This document shows positions 39,301-45,471 of a DNA stretch of 45,471 nt, in pieces; the stretch's first letter is position 1; each line of letters opens with the position of its first letter. The stretch spans positions 1 through 45,471 of the forward strand of contig LWCA01000163.1 in NCBI GenBank assembly GCA_001642005.1, given 5' to 3'. This DNA comes from Intoshia linei. Taxonomy: Eukaryota; Animalia; Orthonectida. Below the pieces are notes generated by a model. The model ran no database searches and was not told the origin of the DNA. It saw nothing but the letters and a program-made list of their open reading frames with translations. The position numbers and the translations under genes were made by a program.

Positions 39301-41253
39301 TTAGCTCTTTTTGTTTCGTTTATAAAGACTATAAAATGTATCTTTTTTGAATAGATTTTTTGATATTTTGGATATTTACATGTTTTTAAAAGTTTTATGT
39401 TGATAAATAATGATTATCGCAAATTATGTATTTCATCATTTTGTAGACAACCAAGAGTCAATCCACAACAAAATACGTTCTCAGTGAAGATGATGTACAT
39501 TTGTTAGATTATTTAAAAAAACAAATACAAAATAACCACAAAGATATTACCTCCACTTTTAAATGCGCTTGTCACAGTGAAAGCGTGGATATGTCGACTT
39601 TTATGAAATTATTGTCACCATATTTAACGGAATTGTGTGACGATAAGGTAGAAATAAATTTTTAGAATTATCAATTGTTTAGTTATCGCACTTGATGAAT
39701 GAATTATTGGTGGAAGAATTTAAGGAGGATAAAATCGACTGGAAGAAATACTTTGACTCATTGGTAAAGCCAATTGAAACTAAGGATGAAGATTCGACCG
39801 AGTTTATCAATAATAATAGTCTACATGACAAAACTAATAAAATTGAAGGTATTAACACAATTCAGAATACTCAGACTCAAAAATTTGAAGGTAGCATTAA
39901 AAGCAACAATTTTACTTGCACCTCTATGCTTTCTAAATACACGGCAAGATCGGTAATTTTTAATTATAATCTATTTTAATGAAATTTCTAAATTATAAAC
40001 AAACGATTTTAGGTAAATAAGAGTCAATTTTTTAACCAAATCTTAAATGGGAATTTTCAGATTATGTTTTTTACCTAACTTTGAGCAGAATTTATTGATT
40101 ATTTTTTGAAAATTTTCTTTTAAGGGTTGGTTAAAAAAAATCTTAAAAAACGATCCGTTTAGAGTTTTGTAACAAAATAATCGGAAATTCCATTCTATTT
40201 TTTGTTAAAAAAATAATCTGGAAATACTTTTCAAGAGTTGTATAAAAAAAATCTTAAAAAAAACCCTCCCCTTTAAGGTTTGGTAAAAAAATAATTTGAA
40301 ATTTTCAATTTATTGCTTGTTAAAAAAATAATCTGGAAATATCCTTCAAAAGTTTCATCAAAAAAAATCTTAAAGAAAACCCTCCCCTTTAAGGTTTGGT
40401 AAAAAAATAATCTGAAAATATCCTTCAATTTTTCTTTTAAAAAAAATCTTTAAAAAACCCTCTCCTTTCAGATTTGTTAAAAAAATAATCTGAAATTTCC
40501 TTCATCTGTTATAATAATAATTTAACAACTTATTTATAGTTTACAAGCGACGCTTCCGCTACATCTGATTTTGTCAACGCACAAAATGTTGACAATAAAA
40601 TTGAAAAATTGGTGAAAAAAAATTGGCGAAAACTTTTTAAAGCATTTAAAGAACAAGATAAATTATTAAATGGTCATATATCTAACGAAAATTTTAGAGG
40701 TAATATATTACATACTATATTCCAGCGGTTTCCAAAAAAAATGAGGCACCTTTTCATGAATATTTTATATCCATTTTCGTTAACCCTTAGAAACGCACCC
40801 ATAAAATATTTTTTGAAAATGTTATACAATTTATTTAATGTAATCGTAGATGCAATGCTATCAATCAACAGTACAATTCCGATAGAATTAATCAATAAAT
40901 TAATTTCAAAATATGACATTTACAGTAATAGCAAAATAAATTACCGAGAATTTATAAAATATTTTGTAATCAAAAAATGCGAAACGATCAAAGAGGAAAT
41001 GTATGATGATAGTTTTCGCAATCGAATAAAAATGTTCATGAAAGATAATTGGAAAGAAATTAGACGGAGATTTCTTGTTTGTGATTCAAAGCGTTCTGGG
41101 CATATAACCATTGATCAATTTCGATTTATTCTTAGAGAAATGAATATTAATCTTGATGAAATGGAATTTATTCATTTACTAGACCAATATGATACCAATT
41201 TTGATGGACAAATTGCATACAACAAATTTATTGCAAATTTTCTTAAAAAATAA
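27357..41253 (+). CDS. EFCAB6: EF-hand calcium-binding domain-containing protein 6-like (multi-EF-hand); 28 exons, about 1499 aa
   Basis: Exons 27357-27471, 27568-27647, 29597-29716, 30490-30590, 30852-30918, 31000-31136, 31230-31419, 31484-31632, 31676-31783, 31825-31945, 32156-32326, 32382-32453, 32497-32657, 32802-32975, 35136-35223, 35269-35352, 35392-35661, 36100-36344, 37236-37332, 37663-38015, 38105-38260, 38306-38468, 38506-38547, 38908-39108, 39447-39647, 39683-39952, 40540-40699, 40850-41253. All GT-AG and in phase; total 4500 nt. Repeated paired EF-hands (DYNCDGKINRNDL, AFKAFDTKKKGYL, DTNFDGQIAYNKF). The C-terminus WKEIRRRFLVCDSKRSGHITIDQFRFILREMNINLDEMEFIHLLDQYD is typical of EFCAB6. 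The first exon is less certain. Confidence 0.85.
27957..28526 (-). mobile_element. Non-autonomous IS630/Tc1/mariner (DDE_3) element with TIRs and TA TSD, in EFCAB6 intron 2
   Basis: TA-CAGTGTATTTATATTTGTTTTTG... at 27955 and ...CAAAAACAAATATAAATACTTTG-TA at 28526-28528 are inverted repeats. The internal fragment reads YFIDEAGFN...KNVSIYG...IFIMNNVGLHK...FLPPYSPFFN; the second D is changed to N and the final E is missing. Confidence 0.9.
28860..29465 (+). repeat. Copy of the modular interspersed repeat
   Basis: AAAATATTGGTTGATAATATATTAAAAATTATTTTTCACTGGAAATGCGTAGATTTC core and terminal GAAATAAACGGGAACACACAGACAC; 29270-29425 is the reverse complement of about 36495-36655. Confidence 0.85.
29821..30133. 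mobile_element. hAT (Tip100-like) MITE
   Basis: CAGGGGCGGATCCAAG at the left and GGGGTGCAACTGCACC...CTTGAATCTGTCCTG at the right form imperfect TIRs; the TSD is only partly retained. Confidence 0.65.
33441..34146. mobile_element. Non-autonomous hAT (Buster-type) element
   Basis: Termini CAGTGATTCCCAAA and TTTGGAAACCACTG; perfect TSD CTCTAAGA at 33433-33440 and 34147-34154. Confidence 0.9.
34155..34655. mobile_element. Second, more degraded hAT-like element at the same target site
   Basis: Flanked by CTCTAAGA (34147-34154) and ATCTAAGA (34656-34663). The right end CGACACTCCAGGTTAATCACCCATG resembles hAT ends. Removing both inserts restores the host repeat arm. Confidence 0.7.
36794..36910 (+). 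repeat. hAT MITE end, same family as 24600-24719
   Basis: CAGGGGTGTTAGACTCAATTTGCTTGGCGGGCC...CTTTACTCAAAAAATTATGTTAAAACTAACAGATTTAATT. Confidence 0.8.
40030..40505. repeat. Degenerate minisatellite array (about 35-40 bp subunits) in an EFCAB6 intron
   Basis: Recurrent AAAAAATAATCTGGAAAT and AAAAAAATCTTAAAAAAAACCCTCCCTTTAAGGTTTGGT motifs. Confidence 0.75.
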
Positions 41254-41838
41254 AATGATTCAATTTTAGTTATTTTTATTATATACCGTTTTATTAATTA
41301 CCTTTTTGTTTGTGTTTAGTCAATTTCTACCGTCCAATTTATTTAGTTGTAGTTAGATTTTGAATTCAATTCAATTTAAGAATTTAATTAACTAATAAAT
41401 TGCGCCAAGTGATTTTTTTGATAACAGGTAATTTTTTGTTAAGATAATTTTATTAATATGCTTACAGCCTGTCTGAATTAACATTTAGTTCAAAAAAATT
41501 ACTCATACAAAATGTCAAATTTTCTGATTTGGCACACTTTTAGGAGTATTTTAAAAAAAAAATTAAAAAAATTCTTAGTACCATTTTTGAGTAAAGGTCA
41601 AAAATGTATATTTTTCTCAAAAAATTTATATAGATGGAGATTTTAATGTCTTAAAACTTTTGAATTCAAATTTTTTTAATTTTGAAAGACTTCAAACATC
41701 TTGTAAAAGTTATTTGAAATGGCAGATATGTATAATATATAGTCATATAATAATATATATAATCTCAGTATCAGTGAATATTGAGCAAAAAATTTATTAA
41801 CATTTCAACTTAAAAAACTTATGGTTAGTAGAAGAAAA

Positions 41839-42470
41839 TTATTAGATATGCTTGCTAGCATAGTCTTGTACTGATTTTAGGAACTGCTGACCATATTTAT
41901 CCACATTAACTTGAGAAACTGAGTATTTATTCCACGTTTTTTTGAAATTTGCATGTACTGCCTCTGATGTTTGTTCAGACCAATAGCCAAGACTTGAATT
42001 TTTTTGGTCACAGAAATCTGCTATGTGAAAAAATACATCATGTAATTTTGGTGTGATTCTTATGTTTAAGTTCAGTCAATTTTGTTTTAGTTAAGTCTTT
42101 CGAAAATTTTCAATTTTTTAATTTATTGGTAAGACAGTGGCAAAACAAGTTTAGACAACTAATTGAAATCATTCAAAGCTTTTATAAATTCTACTTTTGG
42201 ACAGTTGAATTCTGTAATCAATAGTTCAGTTTTTTGTGTTTCAATGTTTAATTTTTCCAAACTTTTATCACATTTTCGTAATTCTCAGGAATAAATAATT
42301 TTTTTGACACTTCAAAATCACTAACTCCTGTTTTTGGACGTCCAGAAGAATTACGTTTTTTAATTTTAGGAACACCATTATTACTATTGAAATTGAATAA
42401 TAATTGTGATAGGCAAATTGTGCATGAACAAGTTTTGTTCAGCGAAGAAGACTTATGATAAGTGACACAT
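41839..42470 (-). mobile_element. Chapaev (CMC superfamily) transposase relic with a large internal deletion
   Basis: Minus-strand 42070-41839 reads LNIRITPKLHDVFFHIADFCDQKNSSLGYWSEQTSEAVHANFKKTWNKY...YGQQFLKSVQDYASKHI*, the TPKxH-x4-H...SEQxxExxH signature. 42240-42075 is the decayed preceding segment (FIKALNDFN...CFATVL...IENFRK). 42440-42330 has CSCTIC...KKRNSSGRPK, like the Chapa zinc-finger N-terminus. Missed by the ORF track. Confidence 0.8.
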
Positions 42471-42705
42471 CATAAATAACGCATCTATTTTTTAGTAACT
42501 AAAATAAATTTTTTACTGTTTAAATTGTATTATGCATTGTTGACTTTGTAAAATAAAATTAAATTTATTATTTACATTATCGAAATAAAGCGAAATTTTT
42601 AAAATATAATAATTAAAATCATAATATTAACGTTTAAATTTTCCATTACAAGTTGTAATTTACAACACTAAAAAAATGTTGTTATGAATAGCGTTTACTG
42701 TAGTA

Positions 42706-42877
42706 CAGTAATGTTTCGATTATGAATAATGTACAACGTAAAATTTTAGTTTATTTGGAGTTAAATGTAAAGTCAAAATTACATATTTATGATTGCAAAA
42801 AATATTTTTGGCTTAAATTTGTTTCTATATAAACTAAAATTTAACGTTGTACATTATTCATAATCGAAACATTACTG
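42706..42877. mobile_element. 172-bp hairpin MITE of pogo/Tc1-mariner type (TA TSD)
   Basis: TA-CAGTAATGTTTCGATTATGAATAATGTACAACG...CGTTGTACATTATTCATAATCGAAACATTACTG-TA: a perfect inverted repeat of over 30 bp that continues imperfectly inward. A related internal fragment lies at about 30175-30255. Confidence 0.92.
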
Positions 42878-43048
42878 TATACAGAAATGAGAATTTACAA
42901 AAATTGAGATAAATAAACTCCCCAAAATTATGTTAAAAACATAAGTTTCTTCGATTCATATTGTTTTAAATAGATTAATAATGAAACATTCAAAACATTT
43001 TCAACGTATCCTAAAATATTTTTTGAACAAACTATGCATTGCATAGTG

Positions 43049-43521
43049 CATTGGTTTTCAACCGAGGGTCGTGAGAATTTGAAAATTTTATGAATACATT
43101 TTGTGTACACATCATGTATTTACGATTGATTTAATATTGCTACTATATTTACCGTCAACTTATCTGTGTGAAGCAGGATTTTATACGCGTGTTCATATAA
43201 AAACAAACTCAATAAACAGATTGAATTTTAAGGATGATATGAGGCTCGCCTTATCGCATACACTGCCCAGAATATCAATAATTGTATCTAAAATGGAACC
43301 TCAAATTTCACATGAAGAAAATAAATTTGGTTATTATAATAATACATTGTACTGATTGTATTGCTCAGTGAGCAGTGCTTACTGATATATAAAATTTAAA
43401 TAAAATTGATTATGAATTTTTAATATTTTCATTTATGTGAACTGATGTGATGTTTGGAGTATATAGAAAATTTTTGATGTTTATAAGGGGATTGCGAACA
43501 CAAAAAGGTTGAAAACCACTG
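43049..43521 (+). mobile_element. hAT (Buster/Charlie) deletion derivative carrying the transposase C-terminus
   Basis: Perfect 8-bp TSD GCATAGTG (43041-43048, 43522-43529); termini CATTGGTTTTCAACC and GGTTGAAAACCACTG. ORF 43101-43355 has LPSTYLCEAGF...IKTNSINRLNFKDDMRLALS. Confidence 0.93.
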
Positions 43522-43791
43522 GCATAGTGTCATATAACCCAACGATCTCTTTAAAACTCTTGACTTAATATTTAAAAAATAACACATTAAGTAGTTATTA
43601 TATTAAAGAATATAATTTTTTAATGCTTGATTTGGAAAAATAACAATTACAGTAAGTTCGATACTGATTATATTCAGTTTAAATTTTAAACAATTTTCTG
43701 GTGTCAGTTAATGAACCCTTTGTTTATATGAGTTATTTTTACAAAACGAACAATATATTGTGAGAAGATTTTTATAAAATATATAAAACCA

Positions 43792-44037
43792 CTACAATAA
43801 TATTAAATATTTATTTCTTCCATTTGAGATTTCGTGAGCAATTATGACAGCGGCAGTGATAACAGAAACAGTAGCCTTAGCAACAGATATAGTAGCAGTA
43901 GCAGCAGTGGTAATTTTAGCAACACAAGCGGCACACAAACAAAAAATTCCACATCCAGTGCCAATAGTAACCCCTTGAACTCTGTTGATCAGCAATCCAA
44001 TAAGTATAATGTCTTGAAAAGGTATAATAGAATGCAT
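43792..44037 (-). CDS. Orphan small protein (81 aa): signal-peptide-like N-terminus, CxxxCxCxxC motif, long Ala/Thr/Val-rich hydrophobic helix
   Basis: A GC-elevated island in AT-rich DNA. In this frame GC sits at codon positions 1-2 and third positions are mostly T/A (gct, act, tgt, gtt), as in the two host genes. MHSIIPFQDIILIGLLINRVQG|VT resembles a signal peptide. A possible acceptor at 44057-44056 means an upstream exon cannot be excluded. Confidence 0.55.
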   Translation of the reverse strand: MHSIIPFQDIILIGLLINRVQGVTIGTGCGIFCLCAACVAKITTAATATISVAKATVSVITAAVIIAHEISNGRNKYLILL

Positions 44038-44104
44038 ATTTTGAATTCTTGATTTCTAATATAATAAAACTGAATTAATTTAGTTAACGTTAATTTCATT
44101 ATGT

Positions 44105-45170
44105 TACATTTTTATACTGCTCGAGTAATTTTTTATAGGGTTTAAATTCAATCTGTTAGGGAGCAAATCCATCAATTTTCCTCAACTAATGCCATTTTCT
44201 AAGAGAAATGATCGCGTATACGACGATGCATGTGAAGGTGCATTGTCATGCATAAATATGCAATTATTTTTAAAATTTTCGTTTTTCGAATTCAACTATG
44301 GAATGTAGTGTTGAGCCATAAATTCTGTGTAATTAAATATGAAAATTTAAAAATATAATAATAATAACTATTACAACTTCGAATTTATTTTCACGTCACT
44401 GGGAACTCTATTGGCCCTAATACCTCATTAACGATTATGCCTGCCCAAAACATTATACCACCACCACCTTGTTGACGACGCATTACTGATGGTACTTTAG
44501 CGTTATTTAGTACCCAACCTTTTGACCACCCATCCGGGCTATCAAGAGTTGCACAACATTCATCTGTAAATATTACGGATTGGAAATAGGTCTTTAAATT
44601 AGTTCTAGCCCATTTCATCCTTTTTTCTTTGTGAATAGGCTTCAAAATCGGTCTTCTAAGAGCTTTTTTAAAACTCTACATCGTCTGCTTCTAGGTACAT
44701 GTTGCAGCCGAAAATAATCTTAAACTCGTCGCAAGTGGTGTCACAATCACTTCTTTCTTAATAATTCGTAATTGTCTAGGTGAAAGTATCTTATTTCGAC
44801 CACTATTTGACCTGTCATTCTTTTTAGACGAATCTTCTAACCATTTTTTAATAATGCGATGATCACGTTCCAGACATCGTGATATTAGTAGAATACTTTT
44901 TCCTCTTGCCATTAAACCAACTCTTTGGTTCTTTTCTTCTATATTAAAGTTGTTTTTGTTTCTCATTTAAGATTTGCATAATATTTTGACATACTTAACA
45001 ATATAAAAAAACGATAATATGTAAATAAAAATTTTTTATTTGAATTAAATAAATATTTAATTTTCTAATACATATTGAATCAATTAATGAGAAAAAAATA
45101 TAAGTTTTAATCATTTGTAGACTGAATTACACAACTTTTAGTGATTTGCATAATATTTTGGTACAACCAA
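44105..45170 (-). mobile_element. Decayed Tc1-like (DD34E type) transposon, truncated at the 3' end
   Basis: HTH region 44966-44691, then KRMKWAR...VIFTDE...RRQQGGGGIMFWAGI (44645-44391), then FMHDNAPSHAS...LNPIKN (about 44260-44125) with stops and frameshifts. The direct repeat GATTTGCATAATATTTTG at 44971 and about 45143 suggests an IR/DR-type left end. Confidence 0.92.
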
Positions 45171-45471
45171 TAACGAATTTATAAAATTAAATTTATATTA
45201 ACTGAAACGTTATTTTTTTTATTGATAATTGTTACAAATTGAACATAAAATGGTAAAAAGAAAAACTACATTCAGTAGCTAACAGTCCAAAATAATGAAG
45301 ATGAGACGTCTCAATGAGTCTCAAAAAGAATATGATATCCGAAATAGGTAAGACAACAATTGTTTTTTTAATTAATCATCGTACTGTATTCATTCTGATT
45401 TACATTTAGGAAAATTTTCATTCAGAATTTGAATAATAAAATTTTATTTTAATGCTTTTGACTGTAATAAT

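Noticed and set aside
40030-40505. Repeat array with about 35-40 bp period, superficially CRISPR-like
   Set aside because: Units are degenerate and contiguous with no unique spacers or cas genes, inside a eukaryotic intron.
43834-44052. Ser/Asn-rich plus-strand ORF
   Set aside because: GTG start and many C-ending AGC/AAC codons; it is the shadow of the minus-strand ORF.
1-45471. Prokaryotic systems, tRNA/rRNA genes or an alternative genetic code
   Set aside because: Spliceosomal introns and talin show a eukaryote. No RNA gene was recognised by eye. Both long genes translate without internal stops in the standard code.

Overview
This is AT-rich animal genomic DNA, not prokaryotic. It has a class of very short GT-AG introns (34-50 nt) plus long introns filled with transposon remnants. 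The style resembles a reduced parasitic invertebrate genome such as the orthonectid Intoshia, but that is a guess. Splicing by hand gives two complete genes arranged head to head. Talin (minus strand, 23913->2087, 30 exons, about 3046 aa) is about 500 aa longer than vertebrate talin, apparently from a tandem duplication of the R1-R3 rod region. An EFCAB6-like multi-EF-hand gene lies on the plus strand (27357->41253, 28 exons, about 1499 aa). The window also holds the 3' part of an unidentified gene at the left edge and an orphan 81-aa Cys-rich ORF with a signal-peptide-like N-terminus at 43792-44037 (minus). Decayed elements include a Gypsy integrase with a 3' LTR, Tc1/IS630, Chapaev, several hAT/Buster elements with 8-bp target-site duplications (TSDs), a pogo-like MITE, a Helitron-like modular repeat and a foldback-like repeat. 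All exon models and protein comparisons were made by eye against remembered reference sequences; no search was run.
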